The position numbers and the translations under genes were made by a program. Source: Candidatus Electronema aureum (lineage in GTDB: Bacteria > Desulfobacterota > Desulfobulbia > Desulfobulbales > Desulfobulbaceae). From it: 32,000 bases of DNA. The stretch lies in the NCBI GenBank assembly GCA_004284765.1, contig NQJD01000025.1:3562-35561 (forward strand). The letters run 5' to 3'. The notes beneath the pieces are model-generated. The model saw only the letters and a program-made list of their open reading frames with translations. It ran no database searches and was not told the DNA's origin. Position 1 is the stretch's first letter; every line of letters begins with the position of its first letter. This document shows positions 23,401 through 32,000 of this stretch, piece after piece.

Positions 23401-26400
23401 TTGGATTATACTCCGCAGATTATGAATCTTGCCCAGCTGATGACCTCACCGGTGATCACCGCTTCACCGGATACCCCGCTCCCTGCTCTGCTTGAGCTGA
23501 TGGAGCAGGAACACATCTCTGCCGTGGTGCTGACGGATGACGAAGGCCACCCAGTCGGCATGGTCACAGAGCGCGACATCACTCGCAGTGCAGCTCAAGA
23601 TCGGCTGCATTCTGATCTGACCGGCGCAACCATGATGACCGATAGCTTGGTAACTGCTTCGGCAGAGACCGGCTACCGGGAAGCCTTCCAGCAGATGGTG
23701 GTGTCGCGAGCGCGGCACTTAGTCGTGATCAATCAGGCTGGGCGAGCAGTGGGCATGGTCACAGAGACCAATTTCCTCCACTCGCTTGGCTTAGAGTATT
23801 TCGTTGATCTGAGTACGATTAAAGAATTAGTTGCTCGGCAGGTGGTCGCCCTCAAGCCTACAGACAGCGTTCATCTTGCCTTAGAGCAGATGCACCAGCA
23901 CAGCATCAGCTGCGTGCCGATAACCGAGCAAGGCAAGCCGGTCGGTATCCTCACAGAAAGGGACGTGATTCGCCTCAGCCTCCAGCGGCTTGACTTTTAT
24001 CATACCCGGCTTGAGGCAGTAATGAGTCAACCGGTCTGTGCGGTCTCAGAGCAAACTACTTTACCTGATGTGGTCAACATTCTGCGGATGCAGCACATCC
24101 GCCGTTTAATCATTGTTGATGAGCACGGACTGCTGACTGGTATCCTCACCGAAACCGACTTGCTCAAGGGTCTGCAAAGCAAATACTCCCGTCTGCTGCG
24201 TGAGATCATTCATGAGCAGGAACGCCAGCTGCGCGAGACCCGCAAAGCCCTCAGTGATCAGGCTATTCTGCACTGCCTGTTAGAGTCTGCCCCTGATACC
24301 GGGATCGCGGCCACTGACCTCCAGTTGCGCATCCTTTACTTTAACCCAATGGCCGCCCGCATCTACGGCTACAAGGTGGAGGATGTCATCGGCAGAACCG
24401 TGCATGAGTTTCACGTTCTCCACCAAATACCAGCAGAACGCTTAGAGAACGCGGTGAGGCTTGTTCGTGAAAAAGGCTTTTACCAGTATAACATCCAGCG
24501 GCAAGAGCAAGGCCGCACCCGTCATTTCGAGATGCGGGTCTCAGCTATCCGTAATGCTGGCGGCGAGACCACCGGCTACATGCTCATGGGGCAAGACGTG
24601 ACTCGGCGTAAGGAGGCAGAGTTTGCCTTGCAGCGCAGCGAGGAGCGGTTGCGCAAGAGCCAACAGTTTGCCCGTGCAGGCAGTTGGGAATGGCAGATCA
24701 GCACCGATGAGCTGTACTGGAGCGGCTGTACGCCGGTGCTGTTTGGCTATGAAGTGGACAAGATGAAAACCACGCGCGAGCAGTTTCTCCACAGTGTTCA
24801 TCGTGATGATCGGCAGCGGGTGAATGAGGCGGTGTGTTCCTGCTTAGAACAGCGGACTGATTACGACATTGAGTATCGGGTGGTCTGGCCGGACAGCAGC
24901 GTGCATTGGTTACATGAGCAGGGCGATGTGGTGCGCGATGAATACGGTGACGCAGTGAATATGCTTGGCTTAGTACAGGATATCACCTCACGCAAAGAAG
25001 CAGAACTCCAGCTGCAAGCACAGCACCGCTTCTTGGATTCAGTGATTGAGACGCTTCCCTCTTTGCTCTTCGTGAAAGACGCGGAACATTTGCGCTATGT
25101 CCGCTTTAATCGGGCAGGCGAACAGCTGATTGGCAGACCTGCTGCTGACTTCCTTGGGAAGTCCGATGCTGATCTCTTGCCGCTGCCTGAAGCAGAAGCA
25201 CGTCTTACCGCCGATCACTGCCTGCTTGCCAGTGGTAAAGCCATTGAGATTACAGAAGAGCAGATCAGCACCTGCCAAGGCAACCGCTTGCTGCGTACTC
25301 GGAAGACTCCGATCCTCGATGAGCAAGGAAAGCCTGCTTACTTGCTGGGCATTGCTGATGATATTACTGAGCAGCGAGCAGCAGAACACAACTTAGCCGA
25401 GGCAAGGATTCAGGCAGAGAAGGCTAATCAGGCCAAGAGCGACTTCTTAGCCAACATGAGTCATGAAATCCGCACCCCCATGAATGGTATCATTGGCCTG
25501 ACTGAGCTGGCACTGAAGACGGAACTCAATACCCAGCAGGTTGACTACCTGCGCAAGGTGCATGAGTCGGCTCACTCGTTGCTCGGCTTACTGAACGATA
25601 TCCTCGATCTGTCTAAGATTGAGGCGCACCGCTTAGAGCTGGAGTCTATTCCCTTTGACCTCCATCAGCTGATGGCCCAAATTGGCTCGCTGATGGCCAT
25701 TCACAGCCAGCAGAAGGGCATTCATCTCCGCACCCGTATTGCCCCGGAGATACCGCACTACTTGCTCGGCGACCCGCTGCGGATCAAACAGATACTGCTC
25801 AACTTGGTTGGCAATGCCTTCAAGTTCACCAAAGAAGGCGAGATCAGTATGGAGGTGCGGCCCGGTCTTCATGCCCAGCCCGGCTGCTTACCCATTGCCT
25901 TTACGGTGCAAGACACCGGTATCGGTATTGGCAAGGAGCAGCAGAGAGAGCTGTTCAAGCCCTTTGTTCAATCAGACAGTAGCACCACCCGCCTCTACGG
26001 CGGCACTGGGTTAGGTCTCGCCATTACCCGCCAGCTCGTGGAGATGATGGACGGTACCATTGAGCTGGTCAGTGCGCCCGGTGAAGGCAGTGCTTTCACC
26101 TTCACCCTACCCTTGCCGCTTTCTGATCAAGAGGAACTGGCCGCTCATATAGAACGTTCGGAGCTGCACGGCCCAGATAATGCGGTCTTAGATAGCATTC
26201 GTGGGGCGCGTATCCTGTTAGCAGAAGACAATAAGATCAATCAGCAAGTAGCAATGGAGCTGCTTAGTCAAGAGTGCTTCTTGGTTGATCTGGCTGAGAA
26301 CGGGCAGGAGGTCTTGAACTTGCTTCAGCCGGGCCGCTACGATGCTGTGCTGATGGATTTACAGATGCCAGTGATGGACGGCTATCAGGCAACAGCGGCT

Positions 26401-27201
26401 ATCCGCAGTCAGCCGGTCTATGCGGAACTGCCTATCTTAGCCATGAGTGCTAATGCGATGCGCCACGACCGCGAGCAATGCCGGGCCGCTGGTATGAACG
26501 ACCACATCCCTAAGCCGGTTGATCGTCGGCTGCTGTTAGCTTCTCTCTGCCGCTGGATCAAACCCGGCACACGGGAGCGGGTGCATAAGCCAACGAAGCA
26601 TTCAGCAAGCGAGCTGCCGCGTCTCTGCGGTATCAACAGTCGGGCGGCCTTAGAGCGGCTGGGCGGCAATCAGCGGGTGTATCTGAACATCTTGCGCAGT
26701 TTTGCTAAAGAGCATCCCGCAGCAGTGCAGGACATCCGCAGTGTCATGGCTGAGAATCAGCAGAAAGACGGGGAACGATTAGCCCACACCCTGAAAGGCT
26801 TGGCTGGTGCCATCGGTGCGGAAAAGCTCCAAGAGGCGGCCCGGCTCCTGGAGGAAGGGATCAGAAAGCAATTCCCCCTTGACCGCTTGCTTGATGCAGC
26901 AGAAGAACAGCTGAAGCGGGTCATCATTGCGCTGCGCCGCCTCCCGCCACTGGAGGAGGAAGAACAGGCCGAAACAGCCAGTCAAGAGCAGATCAGAGAC
27001 GCGCTGCGGCTGCTCTTCGAGCGGTTGCAAAACTATGATGCAGGTGCATCGGAGACCTTAGATGCGCTGCTGGAGATGACAGGAGGGAAGCCTGAGCTGC
27101 GGCAGCGATTGACTGCCTTGCAAGGCTCGGTGGAACAGTTTGATTTTGAGGCCGCTCGTACCGCGCTGGCCTCTTTTCCAGAACTCAGCTCTGCTGGCTA
27201 A
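23401..27201 (+). CDS. hybrid sensor histidine kinase: 4 x CBS, PAS/PAC x about 3, HisKA, HATPase_c, REC, HPt
   Basis: Four CBS-like units in aa 1-260. PAS regions follow. H-box SHEIRTPMNGI, N-box LLNLVGNAFKFT, G-boxes DTGIGI and GGTGLGLAI. Receiver ILLAEDNKINQ...VLMDLQMPVMDG. HPt HTLKGLAGAIGA. The start is either TTG 23401 or ATG 23422. Confidence 0.92.
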   Translation: MDYTPQIMNLAQLMTSPVITASPDTPLPALLELMEQEHISAVVLTDDEGHPVGMVTERDITRSAAQDRLHSDLTGATMMTDSLVTASAETGYREAFQQMVVSRARHLVVINQAGRAVGMVTETNFLHSLGLEYFVDLSTIKELVARQVVALKPTDSVHLALEQMHQHSISCVPITEQGKPVGILTERDVIRLSLQRLDFYHTRLEAVMSQPVCAVSEQTTLPDVVNILRMQHIRRLIIVDEHGLLTGILTETDLLKGLQSKYSRLLREIIHEQERQLRETRKALSDQAILHCLLESAPDTGIAATDLQLRILYFNPMAARIYGYKVEDVIGRTVHEFHVLHQIPAERLENAVRLVREKGFYQYNIQRQEQGRTRHFEMRVSAIRNAGGETTGYMLMGQDVTRRKEAEFALQRSEERLRKSQQFARAGSWEWQISTDELYWSGCTPVLFGYEVDKMKTTREQFLHSVHRDDRQRVNEAVCSCLEQRTDYDIEYRVVWPDSSVHWLHEQGDVVRDEYGDAVNMLGLVQDITSRKEAELQLQAQHRFLDSVIETLPSLLFVKDAEHLRYVRFNRAGEQLIGRPAADFLGKSDADLLPLPEAEARLTADHCLLASGKAIEITEEQISTCQGNRLLRTRKTPILDEQGKPAYLLGIADDITEQRAAEHNLAEARIQAEKANQAKSDFLANMSHEIRTPMNGIIGLTELALKTELNTQQVDYLRKVHESAHSLLGLLNDILDLSKIEAHRLELESIPFDLHQLMAQIGSLMAIHSQQKGIHLRTRIAPEIPHYLLGDPLRIKQILLNLVGNAFKFTKEGEISMEVRPGLHAQPGCLPIAFTVQDTGIGIGKEQQRELFKPFVQSDSSTTRLYGGTGLGLAITRQLVEMMDGTIELVSAPGEGSAFTFTLPLPLSDQEELAAHIERSELHGPDNAVLDSIRGARILLAEDNKINQQVAMELLSQECFLVDLAENGQEVLNLLQPGRYDAVLMDLQMPVMDGYQATAAIRSQPVYAELPILAMSANAMRHDREQCRAAGMNDHIPKPVDRRLLLASLCRWIKPGTRERVHKPTKHSASELPRLCGINSRAALERLGGNQRVYLNILRSFAKEHPAAVQDIRSVMAENQQKDGERLAHTLKGLAGAIGAEKLQEAARLLEEGIRKQFPLDRLLDAAEEQLKRVIIALRRLPPLEEEEQAETASQEQIRDALRLLFERLQNYDAGASETLDALLEMTGGKPELRQRLTALQGSVEQFDFEAARTALASFPELSSAG

Positions 27202-27250
27202 TGGTGGTCATTAGTCAGCGGTTGTAGATCAATCCAACACGGAGAACAAG

Positions 27251-27649
27251 ATGAAGCACGTCGTACTCGCAGTCTTCTTTTTACTTACTCAGCTGCTGCC
27301 AGCCTTTGCCGCTGATATCCAGGTGATGAGCAAGGAGCAACTCAAGGCCAAGCTCGGCTCGCCGGACATGTTCATTCTCGATGCCCGCTCTGAAACGCAA
27401 TGGGAAAGCAGCCAGTTCAAGATACCAGGAGCGCACTGGATACCCAAAGATAACACCGACCAATGGGTAGCAAGTCTTCCGAAAAACAAGACCTTGCTGG
27501 TCTATTGCGCTTGCACCGGCAACGGCTTGGGAGCCAGCGGCAGAGTGGCGCAGGAACTGATTGATAAAGGCTTTACGAAGGTTTATGCGCTTGACGGTGG
27601 CTGGAAAGCATGGCAGGGCAGCGGCTATCCTGTTGAAGCAAGAAAATAA
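27251..27649 (+). CDS. secreted/periplasmic single-domain rhodanese-like protein
   Basis: Signal peptide MKHVVLAVFFLLTQLLPAFAA. Rhodanese pattern FILDARS...IPGAHWIP...LLVYCACTGNG...GFTKVYALDGGWKAW. Confidence 0.8.
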   Translation: MKHVVLAVFFLLTQLLPAFAADIQVMSKEQLKAKLGSPDMFILDARSETQWESSQFKIPGAHWIPKDNTDQWVASLPKNKTLLVYCACTGNGLGASGRVAQELIDKGFTKVYALDGGWKAWQGSGYPVEARK

Positions 27650-27666
27650 ACGCCGCCTGCCTTCTT

Positions 27667-27689
27667 CCCTCTGACTCTATTTCAGAGGG
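27667..27689. terminator. hairpin shared by convergent genes (CCCTCTGA-7nt-TCAGAGGG); possible bidirectional terminator
   Basis: Perfect 8-bp stem 18 nt after the rhodanese stop. It overlaps the last codons of the minus-strand gene. There is no clear U-tract. Confidence 0.35.
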
Positions 27690-29398
27690 ACTGCTTGATC
27701 TTTCGATAGCCCGCCGCCTTCCCGCTGAGATACCTCACGGAAGCATACTTTGAGCTTACCACCCACTACCCCATCAATTCGATCATAAGGCAAGCGGATG
27801 GTCAGCGTGCTGTCAGCAATGATGGCGGTGCTGTCAGCTAACGGTGCTAAAGACTGCCTCTTTTGTGGCCCTACTGCGTACAAACTTGGATACGCTCGTC
27901 CTGCTCCAGCAGGAGAAACAGCCAGCAACACATCCAACTCCAGATCGTAGCCCGTCCTGCCCTCTTCACCGGTCAACACAACACCGGTAGCAGAATCCAT
28001 GTCTGCATCAAAATAAAAACTCACTAACTGGGCATAATCATCTTGGGTTGCAGGAGTAAAATACTCAGCAAAAGGCTTGGCCAAGGTCACGGTAAGCAGC
28101 AGCTCGCCTTTTTCACCCACAGCAGAAACCTCCCGGATGTCTAAGAGCGGATTGCTGGTGTCGCCGGTGGGATCACGCCAGATGATGAAGCCATCAACCG
28201 AGGGAAGGATTCGCACCTCCGGTTTTTCCTCTGACACAGGCACGGGCGAATTATTCTGTTCGGCGATAGGTCGTGTACTGAGTCCTGCTTTGTTGAGAAG
28301 CTGATCGAACTGTTTCGGTCCACCCACCACTGCTGCACCGATCATCGCCAGCAACGGGAGTAAAATACCCGCAAGAGCCATTGGCATCCACAGGCAGCGG
28401 TACGCGGAGCGAGGATCAACTTTTCCGTTTGCCTGCTTGAGGTCACGATACACTGCTACCATATACAGCAGCATCAACGGAGCTATAAGCAACGCAACAA
28501 GATTGATGGCAATTTTATGCCCTATAAATGGCATAAAGAGGGGAAGGAATGAGAACGGCAACGTCAGTACCATCAAAACGAGTCCGATCAGGAACATCTT
28601 GAAGAACGTGTTCCACCAGTGACCACGCATGTACAGACGACTGATAAGCAGCGCATCAATACCAACAATCCCCTCGTCGATCATAACCATGAAGCAGAAA
28701 ATCATGGAGAAAGGAATCGATATGCTCAACAGGAAGAACAAGAGAGCAATGACTACTCCGAATGCTATAAAAACAAATGAACCAGCTAATAGGTCTATGT
28801 TCTGAAAATTGAAGGTTGGCATCAACGGTGACAGAACTGTCAACACACTGGGAATCAAAATAGCTACAAGTGTCGCCCAAGAGATGTAAATGCCAATCAA
28901 CAGCATGTTGACCCACAACATCGGGAAAAGATATTTCCAGCCGGTGCAGAGGGATTCAAGAATACCGTGATGCTCGTCAACAGCGGCAGCCAGCATTACT
29001 GTGTAACACCACGACCACAACAACATTACCGCCAGCAGCATTATTGCACCACCACCAAGCAGCAGCGGATTTTCAATAATGAGCTGTGGATTAATAAAGA
29101 GTTTCTGAAGATCACCGCCGGTAATGAACTGCTGCGCCTGCTGCATGTCTACGCCCAGCGCAGTTAATCCGCCGAAGCACAACGCGGCAAGTAGGAGCAG
29201 ACTTACCACTGTTGCCAGCACCAGCACTGCCAGCACGGGCAAGAGTCGCCGCTTGCACAGACGGAAAAAGGCGACAAAAATCTCACTGATGCTGCTCACG
29301 TCCCCTTTCGCTACCTCAGCCTTTGGCTTGATAACAACTGTTTTTTTCTGCGGCAAGGGAACCTTGGGAAGCGGGACTTTTGATGGTCTTTTCATCAT
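27677..29398 (-). CDS. hypothetical polytopic membrane protein with a soluble C-terminal domain of about 180 aa
   Basis: 573-aa ORF. Basic N-terminal tail with a KVPLP KVPLP duplication. About 8-10 hydrophobic segments. The C-terminal part is rich in predicted beta-strand (ILPSVDGFIIWRDPTGD...VSFYFDADMD...GYDLELDVLL). I recognise no family. Starts 10 nt after the yggU-like stop. Confidence 0.75.
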   Translation of the reverse strand: MMKRPSKVPLPKVPLPQKKTVVIKPKAEVAKGDVSSISEIFVAFFRLCKRRLLPVLAVLVLATVVSLLLLAALCFGGLTALGVDMQQAQQFITGGDLQKLFINPQLIIENPLLLGGGAIMLLAVMLLWSWCYTVMLAAAVDEHHGILESLCTGWKYLFPMLWVNMLLIGIYISWATLVAILIPSVLTVLSPLMPTFNFQNIDLLAGSFVFIAFGVVIALLFFLLSISIPFSMIFCFMVMIDEGIVGIDALLISRLYMRGHWWNTFFKMFLIGLVLMVLTLPFSFLPLFMPFIGHKIAINLVALLIAPLMLLYMVAVYRDLKQANGKVDPRSAYRCLWMPMALAGILLPLLAMIGAAVVGGPKQFDQLLNKAGLSTRPIAEQNNSPVPVSEEKPEVRILPSVDGFIIWRDPTGDTSNPLLDIREVSAVGEKGELLLTVTLAKPFAEYFTPATQDDYAQLVSFYFDADMDSATGVVLTGEEGRTGYDLELDVLLAVSPAGAGRAYPSLYAVGPQKRQSLAPLADSTAIIADSTLTIRLPYDRIDGVVGGKLKVCFREVSQREGGGLSKDQAVPLK

Positions 29399-29408
29399 CG
29401 CATGTAGT

Positions 29409-29741
29409 TCAGCTGGTTAAGCTGCCTCGGTTTTGCTCCAGCAGGGAGCGGGCTTCGTGTTCGGCAATGCCGGTCAGTAGGAGCTTTTTAGCGCGGTTAG
29501 CGAGTCCGCTCTTGATGATAACAGCGGACTTAGGAAGGTGCAGCAGTTCTGCGATAAAATCAATCACCGCTTTGTTGGCTCTACCGTCAATCGGCGGCGC
29601 GGCCAAACGTAGCTTGAGGGCATCGCCGTGCAGACCAGCCAGCTCAGTACGGGCGGCTCCCGGCTGGACATGCAGCGAGAGCAACAGGCTACCGTCAGGC
29701 CGGGCTTGCAGGCAGGGGAGTGCAGGACGCAGCGGTTTCAT
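29409..29741 (-). CDS. DUF167 (YggU-family) protein
   Basis: LSLHVQPGAARTELAGLHGDALKLRLAAPPIDGRANKAVIDFIAELLHLPKSAVIIKSGLANRAKKLLL matches the DUF167 signature (APP.dGkAN). Lies downstream of a YggT-family gene, which is conserved synteny. Confidence 0.85.
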   Translation of the reverse strand: MKPLRPALPCLQARPDGSLLLSLHVQPGAARTELAGLHGDALKLRLAAPPIDGRANKAVIDFIAELLHLPKSAVIIKSGLANRAKKLLLTGIAEHEARSLLEQNRGSLTS

Positions 29742-29783
29742 GCCTCAATTGAAGCATATTTTCACGACTGAAGATAGGAATTT

Positions 29784-30098
29784 CTAAAACCGAACAATAT
29801 CCGGTGACAGCATCTGGCCAAGATGCTGAAGGGTCGGCACGAGAAAGCTCTGAAGAAAGATGAGGGCAAAAATCAGAATCATCGGACTCAGATCAAGCCC
29901 ACCCATCGGCGGTAAATAACGTCTGATTTTATACAGAACTGGATCAGTCACCTGTACGAGAAAGCGGACGATGGGGTTGTAAGGATCAGCATTGACCCAA
30001 GAGATGACAGCCCTTGCGATCACAATCCAAATATAGGCGTTGGAAGCGATATAGATCAGCTTGGCAAGGGCAATAAGGAAATTTCCGAGAATGAACAT
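29784..30098 (-). CDS. YggT-family membrane protein
   Basis: 104 aa. The pattern IARAVISWVNADPYNPIVRFLVQVTDPVLYKIRRYLP...GLDLSPMI is typical of YggT. Confidence 0.85.
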   Translation of the reverse strand: MFILGNFLIALAKLIYIASNAYIWIVIARAVISWVNADPYNPIVRFLVQVTDPVLYKIRRYLPPMGGLDLSPMILIFALIFLQSFLVPTLQHLGQMLSPDIVRF

Positions 30099-30194
30099 GA
30101 TGCTTTTTTATAGTTGAAGAAGTTTTTTATTACGAACGAATCAATTCATTGTAGAAAACAGCGGAAATCAATCTTCCGATAAGATAAACTGCTT

Positions 30195-31469
30195 TCAGTT
30201 GTCCACGGGCATTGTGATCTCGTTAAATTCAAAATACGGAATAGCAGGAATTGCGCTTCCAGCTATCCCTTTAATAGAGCTGTACATGTGATTTGTATTA
30301 AGGATAACTTTGTCAATCTGTTTCTCTCTTTTTTTCCAAGAACTCTCAACGTATCTCTTTTCAGCATTCAAATCAGCTTGCATTTGACTGAAGCCTTCTA
30401 CAATAGCCTCAATTTGCAGTTTGAACTCGTTGCTTGTGAGATAAGTATATATCATATTCATTTTATCTCCTTTGTTTTCATGAACAGCATTTGAATTGCT
30501 TATTCTTACAATTGATTCACGAAGAACAACGCATAAACCTTTGAACTCTTCAAAGCTGCATATCCATATACCTTCTTTCAGTCCCATGCGCTCCATATCT
30601 CGCGGCATAGCTTCAGTAACTATGACACCAACGTCTGCATTTTTTACTTGCAAATCTCCCTTGAATTTCTCAATCCATCCTGATTGAAATTCTTTAGTTC
30701 TTTTGCTTTCATAATAAATTGAACCACAGTTCTGACGAGTTCTCGTATTGACAATATGAAGACAATCTGCGCCCCGAACCCCTTTTTTTATTTCTTCAAT
30801 TTCATCAAACGGAAAGGAGTCACGTAGCCATGCCTCAATAGCAAGTTCCTGAACCTCTCCTTGAAGTTGAGTTGAACCTTGTTCTGCTTTTCGTTGAGTT
30901 TCTTGGAGTTGAATCTTTAGTTGACTAATCAGGTGATCTTTTTCCATGAGTTTAAACTGCTCACGCTCTTCAATGCTTCTTTGAATCTTGCCTCTTTCTT
31001 CTCTAAGTACCTCAGTTATTTTTCGCTGCGCTTCAGCCTCAATAGATTCTTTAAGTTCAGCCTTCTCACGCTCAACACGAGCAATCTCTGCTTTAACTCT
31101 GTTCAACTCTTTTACTTGTTCTGATTTCCGTTCTAACTCCTCTTGCATGGCCTTATACTGTTCAGTCATTTCAGCTGTAACAGACTGCCTGATCTGAGAT
31201 TCTTGTTTTTGTTTCTCAATTTGAAGCTGATTTGCTACAGCAAGCTGTATCTCGTCTTGAATTGATTTTTTCTGTTTTTCTAAATCGTTGCGTTCTCTCG
31301 CGAGAATATTTGCTTGCTCTTCAATTGTCTTTTGTTGTTCCGCTAATTTTTTGTTGGAAGAATCTTGAAGTTCTTTCTCAATTTGAGAATACAGAAGCCC
31401 ATTTACATCGATCTGTTTCCCGCACTCTGGGCAAGTAATTGATGTCTTTTGATTGATATCAAGGTTCAT
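30195..31469 (-). CDS. DUF2130-family protein: N-terminal CxxC element, long coiled coil, C-terminal PD-(D/E)xK-like motif
   Basis: 424 aa. ITCPECGKQ at the N-terminus. Aa ~30-200 are a Glu/Lys/Gln-rich coiled coil. The C-terminus has GEVQE(205-208)...GAD(235)CLHIV...IYYE(254)SK(256)RTKEF. Strong RBS (AAGGAG 6 nt before the ATG). The gene is visibly AT-rich compared with its neighbours. Confidence 0.8.
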   Translation of the reverse strand: MNLDINQKTSITCPECGKQIDVNGLLYSQIEKELQDSSNKKLAEQQKTIEEQANILARERNDLEKQKKSIQDEIQLAVANQLQIEKQKQESQIRQSVTAEMTEQYKAMQEELERKSEQVKELNRVKAEIARVEREKAELKESIEAEAQRKITEVLREERGKIQRSIEEREQFKLMEKDHLISQLKIQLQETQRKAEQGSTQLQGEVQELAIEAWLRDSFPFDEIEEIKKGVRGADCLHIVNTRTRQNCGSIYYESKRTKEFQSGWIEKFKGDLQVKNADVGVIVTEAMPRDMERMGLKEGIWICSFEEFKGLCVVLRESIVRISNSNAVHENKGDKMNMIYTYLTSNEFKLQIEAIVEGFSQMQADLNAEKRYVESSWKKREKQIDKVILNTNHMYSSIKGIAGSAIPAIPYFEFNEITMPVDN

Positions 31470-31707
31470 GATTTACTCCTTTTGGATTAATCTCAGTCAG
31501 AATTTTGTATTTTAATACGCAGATGATTACTGATTCAAGTAGTTGCTGATTTTCCCTGAAATGGGGAATTACACAGACGAACTGGACTCATTATGATTTA
31601 CCAAATTTCACTCAGCTCAATTTTAAATTGAATATCCAACAACTGATTAAAATCATATACTTATTTACAATTTATGTTTCTCGGTCTGTGAAAATTATAT
31701 ACAATGG

Positions 31708-32000
31708 TTAGCTGTAATTGAATAAAATGAAATAATTGTAGTGGTTAATAAATATACAAAAAGATACGGTTAAATTTTGTATTTTTCTCGAAAATGACAA
31801 TGTCTTCCTAACCAATTTCGGCATTCTTTATCTGAATGTCAAATTAATCCTTTCGATATGACTTATCTTTTTTCAGGAAATACTTTTCCGTAAGAGGCCA
31901 AGCCGTCTGTGAAAAATATTCCGTTCTTTTTGCAGTCTTCAGAAAGTGACTTCCACAGGGCAGCAGCTCCGGCATCGTCTCTTTTTCCGACATGAGCACC
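31708..32000 (-). pseudogene. decayed IS1-family transposase gene (InsB-like C-terminal part); its upstream portion runs off the right edge
   Basis: My reverse translation gives GAHVGKRDDAGAAALWKSLSEDCKKNGIFFTDGLASYGKVFPEKR* (stop at 31863-31865). After a -1 shift in the A6 run (31868-31873) it continues KISHIERINLTFR*RMPKLVRKTLSFSRKIQNLTVSFCIFINHYN. For comparison, E. coli InsB reads TTDGWGAYPREIP...[26 protein letters not shown]...IKHYQ. There is an in-frame TAA at 31828-31830, where Q is expected. Confidence 0.6.

Noticed and set aside
31868-31873. Programmed -1 frameshift (A AAA AAG slippery site) producing a functional IS1-type transposase
   Set aside because: IS1 frameshifting occurs at the insA/insB junction, not inside the InsB C-terminal region. 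The downstream frame also has an in-frame TAA and a shortened segment, so decay is the simpler reading.

Overview
The window is mostly core chromosome. From gene content alone I would guess a Desulfobulbales-like deltaproteobacterium, but that is only a guess. GC content looks moderate by eye.

Core genes, in order:
- A partial ABC1/UbiB kinase and a phasin-like protein.
- A stand-alone leucine-rich repeat (LRR) protein.
- A RapZ C-terminal-domain-only gene.
- A ClC channel, a Trk/Ktr K+ uptake pair, corC-lnt, and prfB with its programmed +1 frameshift.
- A CPA2 antiporter and a DUF486/DMT protein.
- A feoA / Cys-rich / feoB operon and a GGDEF cyclase.
- A eukaryote-type fused HisH-HisF.
- A 4xCBS-PAS hybrid histidine kinase and a rhodanese.
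- A yggT-yggU-membrane protein operon.

Two stretches look accessory.

1. A ~4.3 kb cassette at 12747-17070 is the best candidate for a new system.
- It encodes a small EACC1-like protein and a 1218-aa caspase(C14)-NB-ARC-TPR STAND protein.
- It lies between an intact DUF486 gene and an internally deleted second copy of that gene.
- It contains a visibly low-GC block inside the TPR region.
- It ends in nine degenerate 21-bp tandem repeats.

2. An AT-rich islet at ~30100-32000 carries a DUF2130 protein (zinc-ribbon-like N-terminus, coiled coil, D...ExK nuclease-like motif). It sits next to a decayed IS1-family transposase gene.

I recognised no rRNA, tRNA or CRISPR array.
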